A DNA stretch of 64,000 nt from Octopus bimaculoides (GCF_001194135.2 NC_068989.1:64418833-64482832), one strand, 5' to 3'; positions 24,367 to 38,382 are shown, counted from the stretch's first letter. Program-made: numbers and translations. Notes: a model not told the origin generated them from the letters alone.

Positions 24367-24572
24367 NTCGTATTTCGAGCATTTAACAACAATATACGCT
24401 TTCGATAAAACAGTTGCTCCTGCAAAGCAAATTAAATAAAATTTGGGATTTTGCGGAGGGTCAAAATTGGTAACACAAACAGAACAGGGAAAACAAACAG
24501 GAAGGGCTGCTAAGCCTAAACGAGGTTGTGGTGGCGAACGCGTAAATCAAGCTAAGATAGAAGACAAACAAG

Positions 24573-24575
<3 letters not shown>
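24367..24575 (+). repeat. Fragment related to the arm family of the 52984-54192 inverted repeat
   Basis: ATTTCGAGCATT.AAC.ACAATAT...ACAGTTGCTCC...AAATAAAATTT.GGATTT..GGAGGGTCAAA matches 53051-53140. Confidence 0.7.
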
Positions 24576-24621
<46 letters not shown>

Positions 24622-24699
24622 TTACACATATATGTGCATGTATATATAGATATATATATATACATACTTATCTATGTACATATATCTGTGTGCGTATCT

Positions 24700-24905
24700 T
24701 TGTGTCTGTCTTTGTCCCCCACCGCTGCTTTACAACCCTTGTTGATTTGTTTATGTCCTCATAACTTAACGGTTCAGGATAAGATATCGATACAGTAAGT
24801 ACTAAGCTTAAAAAAGAAAAAAAATGTCGTAGGCTCGATTTGTTCGACTAAAATTCTTCAAAGCGGTGCCCCAGCATGGCCGTAGTCAAATGACTGAAAC
24901 AAAAT
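24700..24905 (+). mobile_element. SINE family A, 3' domain
   Basis: TTTGTCCCCC..CAACC...TAAGTACTAAGCTT...GCGGTGCCCCAGCATGGCCGTAGTCAAATGACTGAAAC. Confidence 0.85.
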
Positions 24906-25061
24906 GTAAGATATACATATATACATATATGGATACATATATACCTACCTACATACACACACACACATGCACATTATATGCTAACACACACGTGCACATA
25001 CACACCTATGAACATGTATTTTATTCTCTTACTTATTCCAATTCTTTTTTGTTTCTCACCC

Positions 25062-25101
<40 letters not shown>

Positions 25102-25327
25102 TCTCTCCCTCCCTCCCTCTCTCTTTCTATTGGTTTTCTAGTTATTCCAGTAACTCATGTTTATGTTAATATTCTAGCCAATCCTTACTTGGATAATACT
25201 GTTATAGAGTAATACAGGAATAGGAGCGGAATGTTGATCTGGGTATTGAGTCGAAAATATCTAATAAAGTGTACTGCATCAAGGCATTCTACATACATAA
25301 TATAATATATGCATAACACACACACAC

Positions 25328-25370
<43 letters not shown>

Positions 25371-26334
25371 ATATATNNNNNNNNNNNNNNNNNNNNNNNN
25401 NNNNNNNNNNNNNNNNNNNNNNNNNNNNNNNNNNNNNNNNNNNNNNNNNNNNNNNNNNNNNNNNNNNNNNNNNNNNNNNNNNNNNNNNNNNNNNNNNNNN
25501 NNNNNNNNNNNNNNNNNNNNNNNNNNNNNNNNNNNNNNNNNNNNNNNNNNNNNNNNNNNNNNNNNNNNNNNNNNNNNNNNNNNNNNNNNNNNNNNNNNNN
25601 NNNNNNNNNNNNNNNNNNNNNNNNNNNNNNNNNNNNNNNNNNNNNNNNNNNNNNNNNNNNNNNNNNNNNNNNNNNNNNNNNNNNNNNNNNNNNNNNNNNN
25701 NNNNNNNNNNNNNNNNNNNNNNNNNNNNNNNNNNNNNNNNNNNNNNNNNNNNNNNNNNNNNNNNNNNNNNNNNNNNNNNNNNNNNNNNNNNNNNNNNNNN
25801 NNNNNNNNNNNNNNNNNNNNNNNNNNNNNNNNNNNNNNNNNNNNNNNNNNNNNNNNNNNNNNNNNNNNNNNNNNNNNNNNNNNNNNNNNNNNNNNNNNNN
25901 NNNNNNNNNNNNNNNNNNNNNNNNNNNNNNNNNNNNNNNNNNNNNNNNNNNNNNNNNNNNNNNNNNNNNNNNNNNNNNNNNNNNNNNNNNNNNNNNNNNN
26001 NNNNNNNNNNNNNNNNNNNNNNNNNNNNNNNNNNNNNNNNNNNNNNNNNNNNNNNNNNNNNNNNNTACAATACAAATCGACCTCAGTCCATAATTTTGAG
26101 TCTGATACTTGTTCTATCGGTCAGTTTCAAAGAACTGCTAAGTTGGAGGGTTGTAAATAAACCAAAATCGGTTGCCAGGTGACGGTGGAGAACAAACGAA
26201 AACAGCCAACCCATACATACACACTTACTTACTTGCATACATACAGACATACACATCTGTGTGTATGTGTGTGTGTGTTTGTGTGTATGTGTGTGTGTGT
26301 GTGTGTGCGTTTATCTCGTGTTACTCATGTCAAA

Positions 26335-26450
26335 TATAACTACTTCAAAACGTTGTTAGAGTATCCAGAGCGTCTTCTTTATAGAAAGATCATCTCTGGA
26401 AAGCGATCACAACATAAGCAGAGAAAAAACTATAAAGACTGTGTAAAAGC
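26335..26450 (+). mobile_element. RTE-clade LINE fragment (C-terminal region)
   Basis: ..PERLLYRKIISGKRSQHKQRKNYKDCVK resembles the RTE motif RLPK.LLY.EL..GKR..G.QRKRYKD.LK. Confidence 0.55.
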
Positions 26451-26550
26451 GACCAATAGAATAAGTACCTTGCGGTCGATTTGTACGATAAAAAAAAACC
26501 TTCAAGGTGCTCAGATTGGCCGACATCAGTCCAATGATGAAAATAAAGGA

Positions 26551-26993
<443 letters not shown>

Positions 26994-27444
26994 TATATAC
27001 ATACGAGTATGAAGCAACTCTAACGATGTCAACAATATTGATGTCGCATATTTAATGTATTTGTTTTGTTTAAACGATCTGAGGTTGCGATATTTCTTCT
27101 TGGGGAAAGTACTTACAAGATGTTGAGTCTTAAAAACACTGTATAGCTCAAAACCAGGCGAAACGAACCACCCGTACGCGAACGAGAACCGTAGGAGTTT
27201 CATATTTCGCCGTTATTTCAACAGAGTTTGTTTACAGAAACGAAATTGTTTCAGATATGTTGGGAGTACATGAGACGCAAAGTACTTTGTTGGATTCAGT
27301 ACCTTTTAGAATTGAAGTGGTTCCTTTTATTCAAGAGAAATCATAGTTTTTGAGACTCAGGTTCATTCACGCTGAAATGTACGGTTACCAAGGGAGAGGC
27401 TTAAAATATGTTATGAGAGTGAAAGTTGTATTTTGATCTCTTAT

Positions 27445-27645
27445 TTCCTTTTCGCTTGTTTTAGTCATTTGACTGCGGCCACGCTGGAGCACCGCATTGA
27501 AGGGATTTAGCGGAACAAATCGACCCTAGGAATATTTTTTTAAAGCCTAGTACTTATTCTATCGGTCTCTTTTTGCCAAATCGGAAAGTAACGGGGACGT
27601 AAGCACTGTAACACCGGTTGTCAAGCGGTGATAGAGGGACACACA
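27445..27645 (-). mobile_element. SINE family A, 3' domain
   Basis: GTCATTTGACTGCGGCCACGCTGGAGCACCGC...CCGGTTGTCAAGCGGTG. Confidence 0.85.
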
Positions 27646-27970
27646 GACATAGACATACATACTCGCACGCACGCGCGCGCACACACACACACACACACAT
27701 ACACACACACACACACATACACACACACACACACACACACAGATATCTATACATATATGTAATATTCAGATGAAAAGTTAATGTCTACACTTGCCAACCA
27801 ATGAAATATACGTCTATTTCATGGTAGAGAGGTAGTAGTGGTGCTGTTTTTAGAAATGAATAGTTCATACTCTGCTGCAATTAAGGCACAAGGCCTCTGA
27901 GAAAAGGTTGGGGGGAGTCGTGAGAGTGTCTATTTCTGTTGGCCACTTGTTTAGAAATATTATTGATACG

Positions 27971-28188
27971 GAAGAAAGGTGGTGAGCTGGCAGAATCGTT
28001 AGCACGCCAGGTGAAATGCTAATCGGTATTTCGTCTGCCGCTACGTTCTGAGTTCAAATTTCACCGAGGTCGACTTTGCCTTTCATCGTTTCGGGGTCGA
28101 TAAATTAAGCACCAGTGAAGAACTGGGGTCTATGTAATCGACTAGTCCCCTCCTCCAAATTTCAGGCGTTGTGCCTATAGAAGAAAGG
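27971..28188 (+). mobile_element. SINE family B with 12-bp TSD
   Basis: ATTATTGATACG at 27959-27970 and 28189-28200. Confidence 0.9.
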
Positions 28189-29119
28189 ATTATTGATACG
28201 TAGGAATTATTAACCCATTATCATTTCTCCCTTTTTTTAAAGTTCATTTGTTAACCGAGGCGTAATGTATAATAAACAAACTTAAATAGGTTACGTAGAG
28301 AAATTTGTACTAAGAATCTAAGGTTCAAATGAGATAGAAGCGTGAGTACCTTTGGTTTAAGCACAAAGCCTAAAATATTTATTGAAAGCAAGGTATACGT
28401 TATTAAATTTATTGTTATGTAGGCCGACCGGGCTACTTAGCAGAATGTCTTGACTAGAGACCGCAGACCATAGACCACGAACACAAATCAGTGTCAGTAA
28501 GACAAGACAAACTGCCGAGATTTCGAATGGATATTTGGTACTATGTTAACACGGATTGTCTAATGTTCTGCTTTCTCAACAATGAAATATTTCGAAGTAT
28601 TGTCTTATGAGCTGACACAACCTGACCTGAAGTGGGGAAAGTGTAGCGGTAGATAGATAGCAGATAGATAGTTGAATGCAGTAATCTATGCAAGAAAGTT
28701 CAGAGATAGGAAATGAAGAACAATAGCGAAGTGGTGGCTTTCAGTCATGGGGCATAGAGAAATAGACGGACATAGCAACGACGTGATTGGCTCTAAGTCT
28801 AATCGACTAAGAAGCGAGAAGCTGGGTTAGCAAGCTGTTTTTATTAATGGAACGCTAGACATTCTAGAAACTTCAAAAGAAAAACGCCAAGCTTCTTGAA
28901 TAATTAAGAATCACGTTTCGTGACACAGATGCCTCGAGAAACTCAGAAAAGGGAGGTTATTCTATGATCTTTCTTGCAGGGTAGATCATTCAACTATCTA
29001 CCGCTGCAAAAGCAAGCCGCTCAACTCTAGTAAATCTACTAAATATTCTACCAATATCTACAAATTACAGTGGTGTTCTTTTACTTTTGTTCCACAAATG
29101 AGCTTAGATAAGATTTACG

Positions 29120-29405
29120 GTCCATCCATCCATTCATCCATCCCTCCATTCATCCTTCCCAGCAGCCTTCCCTCTGTCTATCTTCTTCACCAAGTTTTCC
29201 TGGGAAGGTCATGGGGCTAGAATCCTCAGGCCCCTCCTTCATAAGGACCTATCAAATGCAACCATCATTAGACTTTCCGGCTGGATTCTCAAGCGTGACC
29301 AACTGAGACTATGGAAGTTATCCAACCATCTTCAACTTAGTCATAACCCGAGGTCTTCTGCCCATTATCTCGGCTTGAAGAAGCCATCTCGTGATTCTTT
29401 CCTGC
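29120..29405 (-). mobile_element. Probable RTE-clade LINE 3' end with (GGAT)n tail
   Basis: Minus frame EIMGRRPR..KL.MVG*, then LENPAGKSLMMVA..DR-like text; (TCCA)n tract at the left end. Confidence 0.45.
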
Positions 29406-29727
29406 GACTGAAATATGGAAGATGTTTTACAGTTAAAATTAGACAATATTCTTTCCATTCCTTTAATTCTATGGAACATTCAGGAAATCTTTTCACATAT
29501 TTTTATACCTTACATACACAAACACAAATACCATAAATAATTCAGTTCTTGGAACGAAGCTTTAGTGACAACTTAGTATTATAAAAATGAAAGTGAAAGC
29601 CACATTTTATCGGCTAAAGTCAGTAACAGAGTTTTAACTATTTTTTAGCATTTAGTTACATTTTCACTACCTCTGCCTCCAGCCTGTCTGTCAGTATGTC
29701 TGTCTGACTCACTGGCTGTTTGTGTCT

Positions 29728-29796
<69 letters not shown>

Positions 29797-30253
29797 GCAC
29801 ACACAAACATATACACACACATGCGCGGGCAACACTCACACACACATACACACACACTTGCACGCACATACACTTTCTCTCTGTTGCTGCTTCGTTTTGA
29901 TTGGAAGTGCGTATGTATGAATGTGTGTGTACTTATGTTTTTGTGCGTTCCTGTGTATGCGTCCATGTGTGTTTGCACACATATACGCACACGCGCACAC
30001 ACACACACTCATATAATATATATATATATATTTATATATTTTTATATATAAGGTTGACCACTAACGTGGACATTTAATGTGCTAGAAATAGATCACATCT
30101 TGTGTCTGCTAAGACCTAAATTGTTCTCAAAACGAAATTCAGCGGAATACCAAAGCGTAAGTGGGCAAGACATTTAAAATTACCGAAAAAAATCATTATT
30201 AAAAGAAGAACTAGTTTCGAAATTAACACTCTTACCGAATTTATATATATATA

Positions 30254-30734
30254 TATATTTCCAAGGTTTCAAATTTATACATTTAAAAAGAGAGAAATTC
30301 AACACCGTAGAATTTTTCCATTATTTAACATTCAATGTCAACATTTCTGTGCTTGACTATATCCAACCATCCGTACGTCGAATATTAAACGTCTCGCACG
30401 TCATCAGGAATGGTTTTCATTAGAACAAATGACCAAAAAACATAATTAATCGATCAAACAGATCAAATTATTAAAAAAATTATTAAACTATACCATTTTC
30501 GTTCACCATGCGGTTTTCACCGCATGGTGAACGAAAATGGTATTGTGTTTTTTGGTCATTTGTTCTAATGAAAACCATTCCTGATGACGTGCGAGACGTT
30601 TAATATTCAACGTATGGATGGTTGGATATAGTCAAGCACAGAAATGTTGACATTGAATGTTAAATAATGGAAAAAATCTACGGTGTTGAATTTCTCTCTT
30701 TTTAAATGTATCTATTTGAAACCTTGGAAATATA
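30254..30734. repeat. Fold-back inverted repeat, ~190-bp outer arms plus perfect 25-bp inner hairpin
   Basis: Outer arms differ at about 5 positions; the left arm has an extra ~47 bp (~30444-30489); centre ACCATGCGGT-TTTC-ACCGCATGGT (loop 30515-18). Confidence 0.95.
30573..30623 (+). ncRNA. Type I hammerhead-like motif in the right arm (twin on minus strand at 30365-30415)
   Basis: AACCATTC-CTGATGA-CGTGC-GAGA-CGTT/taatattc/AACG-TA-T-GGATGGTT. Stems I and III pair; deviations are GAGA for GAAA, an unpaired stem II and one extra nt after the cleavage site. Confidence 0.4.
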
Positions 30735-31504
30735 AACAATGAGAACGATCCTTAAGGAATCTAATCAATGATTCTTTTGGGTGAAGTCTTATGCTATATT
30801 GGTAATGATTACAGAGTTTACTTTGAAAAATTATATATATATTTCCGTATTCCCGAGCGTCATACTAATACATCCTTTTGTTGTTTACACNNNNNNNNNN
30901 NNNNNNNNNNNNNNNNNNNNNNNNNNNNNNNNNNNNNNNNNNNNNNNNNNNNNNNNNNNNNNNNNNNNNNNNNNNNNNNNNNNNNNNNNNNNNNNNNNNN
31001 NNNNNNNNNNNNNNNNNNNNNNNNNNNNNNNNNNNNNNNNNNNNNNNNNNNNNNNNNNNNNNNNNNNNNNNNNNNNNNNNNNNNNNNNNNNNNNNNNNNN
31101 NNNNNNNNNNNNNNNNNNNNNNNNNNNNNNNNNNNNNNNNNNNNNNNNNNNNNNNNNNNNNNNNNNNNNNNNNNNNNNNNNNNNNNNNNNNNNNNNNNNN
31201 NNNNNNNNNNNNNNNNNNNNNNNNNNNNNNNNNNNNNNNNNNNNNNNNNNNNNNNNNNNNNNNNNNNNNNNNNNNNNNNNNNNNNNNNNNNNNNNNNNNN
31301 NNNNNNNNNNNNNNNNNNNNNNNNNNNNNNNNNNNNNNNNNNNNNNNNNNNNNNNNNNNNNNNNNNNNNNNNNNNNNNNNNNNNNNNNNNNNNNNNNNNN
31401 NNNNNNNNNNNNNNNNNNNNNNNNNNNNNNATATATATATATATATATATATATATACATTCATACACATACACACACATATATATACATATATAATATA
31501 TATG

Positions 31505-31700
31505 TTTGTATTTGTCCTCTCATCGTCGCTTGACAACCGATGCTGGTGTGTTTACGTCCCCATAACTTAGGCAAAAGACCGATAGAATAAGTACCAGGCT
31601 TAAAAAGAATAAGTCCTGGGATCGATTTGCTCGACTAAAGGCGGTGCTCCAGCATGGTCTCAGTCAAATGACTGAAACAAGTAAAAGAATTAACGAATAA
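31505..31700 (+). mobile_element. SINE family A, 3' domain
   Basis: CGCTTGACAACCGATGCTGG...GGCGGTGCTCCAGCATGG...GACTGAAACAAGTAAAAGA. Confidence 0.9.
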
Positions 31701-33153
31701 AAGGATGTATACATACATACATACATACATACATACATACATACATCTGTGTGTGTGTGCGTCCGTGCAGATGTAAACAGAAGTGCCAGTTTATTATAAA
31801 ATCTTGTGATACTCACAGACAGTAATCTATTGACTCAAATATCATTTTCAACAAAATAATAATCTTAAGATGATTTTTAAAAGTATTTTTGTAAATTATA
31901 CTATTATCAATACATACATACATACATACATACACACACATACACACCTATATATATATATAATATATATCATTAATATATATTATTAATATATATGTAT
32001 ATATATANNNNNNNNNNNNNNNNNNNNNNNNNNNNNNNNNNNNNNNNNNNNNNNNNNNNNNNNNNNNNNNNNNNNNNNNNNNNNNNNNNNNNNNNNNNNN
32101 NNNNNNNNNNNNNNNNNNNNNNNNNNNNNNNNNNNNNNNNNNNNNNNNNNNNNNNNNNNNNNNNNNNNNNNNNNNNNNNNNNNNNNNNNNNNNNNNNNNN
32201 NNNNNNNNNNNNNNNNNNNNNNNNNNNNNNNNNNNNNNNNNNNNNNNNNNNNNNNNNNNNNNNNNNNNNNNNNNNNNNNNNNNNNNNNNNNNNNNNNNNN
32301 NNNNNNNNNNNNNNNNNNNNNNNNNNNNNNNNNNNNNNNNNNNNNNNNNNNNNNNNNNNNNNNNNNNNNNNNNNNNNNNNNNNNNNNNNNNNNNNNNNNN
32401 NNNNNNNNNNNNNNNNNNNNNNNNNNNNNNNNNNNNNNNNNNNNNNNNNNNNNNNNNNNNNNNNNNNNNNNNNNNNNNNNNNNNNNNNNNNNNNNNNNNN
32501 NNNNNNNNNNNNNNNNNNNNNNNNNNNNNNNNNNNNNNNNNNNNNNNNNNNNNNNNNNNNNNNNNNNNNNNNNNNNNNNNNNNNNNNNNNNNNNNNNNNN
32601 NNNNNNNNNNNNNNNNNNNNNNNNNNNNNNNNNNNNNNNNNNNNNNNNNNNNNNNNNNNNNNNNNNNNNNNNNNNNNNNNNNNNNNNNNNNNNNNNNNNN
32701 NNNNNNNNNNNNNNNNNNNNNNNNNNNNNNNNNNNNNNNNNNNNNNNNNNNNNNNNNNNNNNNNNNNNNNNNNNNNNNNNNNNNNNNNNNNNNNNNNNNN
32801 NNNNNNNNNNNNNNNNNNNNNNNNNNNNNNNNNNNNNNNNNNNNNNNNNNNNNNATATATATATATATATATATGTTTCTGGATAGTTTCTGACATAGCT
32901 GCTAATGTATTCTTTTTCTTTTAGAAAGCAAACACGTAGCATCACTAAATATGGAGGAATTATGATACACTGAAAATATTACTCTTCCTGAAAGAAACTA
33001 GTAGAATTTTCTTGAAAGCTTATAAAAACGGACAGAGACATTGATATGTAGATAGACATGGCTATCTGTTTGTATAAACAGACACATCTATTAGTTAGTA
33101 TATCTATTAGTTAGTATAGATACAGATTGGCAGGTTTATCTTTTCGTACAGAC

Positions 33154-33411
33154 CAGTGTTTCTCAACCATTTTTATTCTATGGACCCCTTTTATTCCTAT
33201 TTTACATGGATGGACCTTCATAACCATTCGATATTTAAAACAATCATAATATACATATTTATAATTAGATATTATTAGGAACTGAATAAAAGAAATTGCA
33301 AAAATAGTTTGTATATTGGAGAAGTATAACCGATTACTTGCAGATAAATTGTAACTACAAAATCTTATGTGGACTACCAAGGGCCTTATGAACCCCGTTT
33401 GAGAATGACTG
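33154..33411. mobile_element. hAT-type MITE (258 bp)
   Basis: Imperfect TIRs CAGTGTTTCTCAACC / GTTTGAGAATGACTG; 8-bp TSD GTACAGAC (33146-53) / TTACAGAC (33412-19). Confidence 0.85.
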
Positions 33412-33907
33412 TTACAGACATGCCTATCTACTGATATAGATAAACAGCTGTATCTTCTGCTGGTACATGAAAGACATTTTTATTTACTGCTGGTATTTTA
33501 AAACTGATAGACATAGGCACTTTTAGATCTAAAAGAGTTCGACCACGGCGGATTTCTTCTAGAACGCGAGACATGCAGACGATAGAGTGAAAGAAGGAAA
33601 ATAAACAACAGCAGTACAGGACTGATACTTCATTTATCAAAAAATATATGAATGAAAGGTATAGACGGATTCGTGGGAATTCGACCTTAAAGAACAGAAA
33701 GAAAAACTGTATGCCAATCTATCCGATTTTTATTATGAAATAATGTTGGAAGTATTTATTGGTAAGGTGTGATTTCAGGGTGATTTGATGCTTATTTCTG
33801 GTAATTTGGAAGGCCCAATAGAAGCATCCACGTTAGCTCTTTATAAATCCGGGTTATATTGGGGGTTGTCTCAGTTCATTCAGTCACTTACTCTACAATA
33901 ATTGATT

Positions 33908-34326
33908 CTTTTACCTTCTTTTATTTGTTTTAGTCGTAGCACAGCGGCCATGTTGGGGTACCGCCTTGAAGGGTTTTAGTCGAAGAAGCCGACCCCAGGG
34001 CTTATGTTTCTTTTTATGTCTGGTATTTATTTAGTCATTTTGCCGAACCACTAAGTCATGGAGACCTATGCAAACTAGAACTGGTTGTCGAGTAGTGGAA
34101 GAATCTAACACACACACACACACACATGCATACACACACACACACACACGTATACGACAAGTTTCCACACAATTTCTGTTTCTGTCTTCTAAATTCCCTC
34201 ACAACGCATTGTTCGATCCGGGGCTATAGTAGAAGATAGTTGCTCATAGTGCCTCTCAGTAGACTGAACCCGAAACCCCATAGATCCAAAAATCAAGCTT
34301 CTTAACCACTCAACCATGCATGCGTA
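33908..34326 (-). mobile_element. SINE family A, full length, decayed
   Basis: Both halves with internal (CA)n. Confidence 0.8.
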
Positions 34327-34796
34327 AGAAACAAAAGAAATAGAAAGCCAGAATTTTAAGGAAAATATTGGAATAAATTCGTTCCAACGGTTTCAAAGCA
34401 TTGAATTCAATTATATATTGAAAAATTTACATAAAGAATTTTATATGAATTTTAACTCCGTAAATAAACAGTATAGATCCAAAATAGGCAAAGTTTTGTT
34501 CAGTGTGATTTCATTTTCCGTGAAATAACATAGGCTTGTGGCTAAGAAGTTTGCTTCTCAAACACAAGTGGTTTGGAGTTCGATTTCATTGTATGGAACC
34601 TTTAGTAAATCTCTTTTACTCAGATCCACCAAATCCTCGGAAGTGAAATTTAATAGAATGAATATATACAGGGTGGTCCGAAAGTCATTCACAAAATAAG
34701 TTCAAGCTCCGGAATTGTCAAAGACATGCTTCAATTTCTCTTAAATCGAAAAAATAATGATGACTACACACGTATTTGTACATGATGAACAAAGTG

Positions 34797-35120
34797 ACTA
34801 TAGCCATATATTGAGAGGAATTCTTTTGGGGTTTGAATAATTCACCTTTGGAAACAAACCTTATTCAGGGACCTTTTGAGCGGGATGGGCTACTCGACCT
34901 GAAGAAAATTTTAACTGAGCCCCACTTGCGAGGTCATGCGCTGTTTATCTTGATATGAGATCACCATGTCGCGCACATATGGTTGTGATGCATGTGCCTG
35001 GTGTACCCTTATCAGACGGGTAGTCATGATGGGTATACTGGGTTTCGTATATTTTACCCCAGTGTCACTTTGATGGCATGCACTGCTCTCTCACTCAATA
35101 ATAATAATAATAATAATAAT
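34797..35120 (+). mobile_element. 3' end of a retroposed repeat with (AAT)n tail (family D)
   Basis: Ends ...CACTGCTCTCTCACTC(AAT)n; its 5' part matches 46695-46737 (CCAT.T.TTGAGAGG.ATTCTTT.GGG.TTTGAATAA). Confidence 0.55.
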
Positions 35121-35815
35121 NNNNNNNNNNNNNNNNNNNNNNNNNNNNNNNNNNNNNNNNNNNNNNNNNNNNNNNNNNNNNNNNNNNNNNNNNNNNNNNN
35201 NNNNNNNNNNNNNNNNNNNNNNNNNNNNNNNNNNNNNNNNNNNNNNNNNNNNNNNNNNNNNNNNNNNNNNNNNNNNNNNNNNNNNNNNNNNNNNNNNNNN
35301 NNNNNNNNNNNNNNNNNNNNNNNNNNNNNNNNNNNNNNNNNNNNNNNNNNNNNNNNNNNNNNNNNNNNNNNNNNNNNNNNNNNNNNNNNNNNNNNNNNNN
35401 NNNNNNNNNNNNNNNNNNNNNNNNNNNNNNNNNNNNNNNNNNNNNNNNNNNNNNNNNNNNNNNNNNNNNNNNNNNNNNNNNNNNNNNNNNNNNNNNNNNN
35501 NNNNNNNNNNNNNNNNNNNNNNNNNNNNNNNNNNNNNNNNNNNNNNNNNNNNNNNNNNNNNNNNNNNNNNNNNNNNNNNNNNNNNNNNNNNNNNNNNNNN
35601 NNNNNNNNNNNNNNNNNNNNNNNNNNNNNNNNNNNNNNNNNNNNNNNNNNNNNNNNNNNNNNNNNNNNNNNNNNNNNNNNNNNNNNNNNNNNNNNNNNNN
35701 NNNNNNNNNNNNNNNNNNNNNNNNNNNNNNNNNNNNNNNNNNNNNNNNNNNNNNNNNNNNNNNNNNNNNNNNNNNNNNNNNNNNNNNNNNNNNNNNNNNN
35801 NNNNNNNNNNNNNNN

Positions 35816-35851
<36 letters not shown>

Positions 35852-36809
35852 TCGAAGCCTGTACAAACTAACCGGTCCAGACTCTACTTACGCAGATACT
35901 CTAACAACGATGAAGAGTAGTTTGCTTCAAATATACCACGAGTCGAAAATTCTGGGACCGTGCATCGTTCTTAGCGTAACACTACACTACACACATACAC
36001 ACACACAGACACAAATAAATGCCAGAAAAGCCTGAGGTCGATTTAATAAACTGTATCTCACAAAGTTTGTAACCTTGTGCTTTAGTTCATTATCTATCTA
36101 TCTATCTATCTATCTTTTACTTAATGCACAGAATGTCACGTTGGTTCATGCGACTATCACGAGATTGATTAAATTAGGAGAAGGTAAAGAAATTGTTCCT
36201 AAAAGCAAGCGGTAATCAATAATAATCTATCTTACGAATTTTAAGATTTTCTAGTGAATAGTTAAAGGTTAATAAGGCAGGTTTAATTTCTAGTGTTTTA
36301 ATCGATAAATAGTCATCACTTCTAATAGATGGAGCTACTTAGCAAAGCGAAATCAATAACCGACATTGTGTTATTAATTTGAATAATTCCTTCAATTGTG
36401 TTAGAGTATTTTTCAATTAAGGGAACGAAAGCTACATTTAAAATTACAATGTGTAACACGATCTTTGTCCTTGGGTAGCAACTGTTATTTCATGTTTGCT
36501 GGATCGATTCCACTTTAAGACAACTTGGGCAAATGTCATTTTCTATGGTGTCGGGTCTGTCCATACTTTGTGTGAGAAACTGAGTAGACGGAAACTAAAT
36601 AGAAGATTGTCGGTTGGGTTGCACCTGTAATTCATAAGAGACAGCTTTGTCACACTTTGTGTCATGCTAAATATGCCTGAGGATTTGGCAGATGTCATTT
36701 AAGTTGAATGAAATAGATTAAGTGACCAGAAATGATTTCTTTGTGAAGTGATGGATATTATTTACTAAACAGAGGAAATCTATGGCATGTTATTATGTGC
36801 GGGTGTTTA

Positions 36810-37102
36810 TAAGGCGGTGAGCTGGCAGAAATGTTAGCACGCCGGGAGTTCCAATTCCGCCGAGGTCGACTTTGCCTTTCATCTTTTCGGGGTCGATAAA
36901 TTTAGTAACAGTTGCGTACTGGGATCGATCTGATCGACTGTATTTCGCCCGTCGTTATGTTGGGTTCAAATTCCACCGAGGTCGACTTTGCCTTTCATCC
37001 TTTCGGAGTCGATAAATTAAGTACCGATGAAACACTAAGATCGATGTAATCGATTAGTCCCCTCCACCTAAAATTTCTGACCGTGTCCCTTTTGTAGAAG
37101 GG
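36810..37102 (+). mobile_element. SINE family B, internally deleted dimer-like copy with 18-bp TSD
   Basis: Two central domains in tandem; TSD ATTATGTGCGGGTGTTTA (36792-809) / ATTATGTGTGGGTTTTTA (37103-120). Confidence 0.85.
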
Positions 37103-37399
37103 ATTATGTGTGGGTTTTTAACTATTAAAGGGTGTCCATGTGACGGAATACTCAGCCACTAACTTGTTAATTTACAAGTAGATTATTTAATTGATCGAAC
37201 AAATGAATCCTTGTCGTCACGCGACGGAGATCCACCACTAACTCATCCCGTTGATCCACACTCTTATGAGAGGCTCAGCCTATGCTGCCTTATGTATGAT
37301 CGTTGTGTCAATGGGGCCAATTCCAGGTTGTTAGATGATTAATCCTAGCCATTGGAATTGAGGCAGAATTTGAACTTAGATCGCAGCTGACCGGATCAG

Positions 37400-37600
37400 G
37401 TATCTCAGAGCCTCTTTGTGTAACGCTCTAATGACTTTGCCGATTCACTGTTCTGAATAGTTACTTTACTTTTTCTCATTTGAAAGGATGAAAGACAATG
37501 TTGACCTTGCTGGGATTTGAACCCACAGCGTAGCGAATCAGAACAAAAAATCGCTAGGCATTCTATCCGCTGGTCTAACAACACTGCTAATTTGCCCCCA
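37400..37600 (-). mobile_element. SINE family B, decayed
   Basis: GAAAGGATGAAAGACAATGTTGACCTTG...GGATTTGAACCC...GCTAGGCATT. Confidence 0.65.
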
Positions 37601-38149
37601 CGTATACATAACATTTACAGATAAACTCAGGTGACATATGACGGGTAACGTTAGAAGTTTTACTTTTGCCCCCATGGGTAATATCGGGAAGTATAGCATA
37701 TACATACAATAATTATGATTTAACTTTTATCAAATTTCTTGCTGCATATACACAATGATGAAATAAATACTAATTTTCAAAAGAAAAATGTTTACTACCG
37801 TCAAATAAAAAAACAAATTTCTCATTTGTATAACTCCTCCCATAATTATTCAGTAGGCTAGTCGTCGTCGATGTCCTCCTCCTCCTCCTCCTCTGATTCT
37901 TCGTCTTTCATTATGTCTATGTGTGTGTGTATAATGTTCTCTTTACTCATTTCTCGCCACCAAGGCCAGTATGTGCACTCGTCCTGCATCTGTAATATTA
38001 ACTCCTCCTCCCCCTCTCTCTCTCTCTCTTTTATTCTCTCTCAGTCTCTCTCCGCACGATGAAAAGCGTGACTGGAGAAACCAACCAACCAACAAAGCAA
38101 ACATCCATCCACCCAACCAACATTTATATCGGTTATTTTTACTTGACTA

Positions 38150-38297
38150 TATGGTAAGAAGCTTGCTTTCCAGCTACGTGGTTCCGGGTTCAGTCCCACT
38201 GCATGGCATTTTGGACAAGTGTTTTCTACTAAAGCTTCGGGCCGACCAAAGCTTTGTGAGTGGACGGAAACTGAAAGAAGCTCGTCGTATACACACA

Positions 38298-38382
<85 letters not shown>

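Noticed and set aside
33425-33460. CTGATAT..AAACAGCTGTA resembling the CAGCTG hammerheads
   Set aside because: Both core halves are defective and the stems do not pair.
35915-35980. AACGATGAAGAG..CGAAA..ATCGTT
   Set aside because: C3 missing, and no stem III or NUH site.
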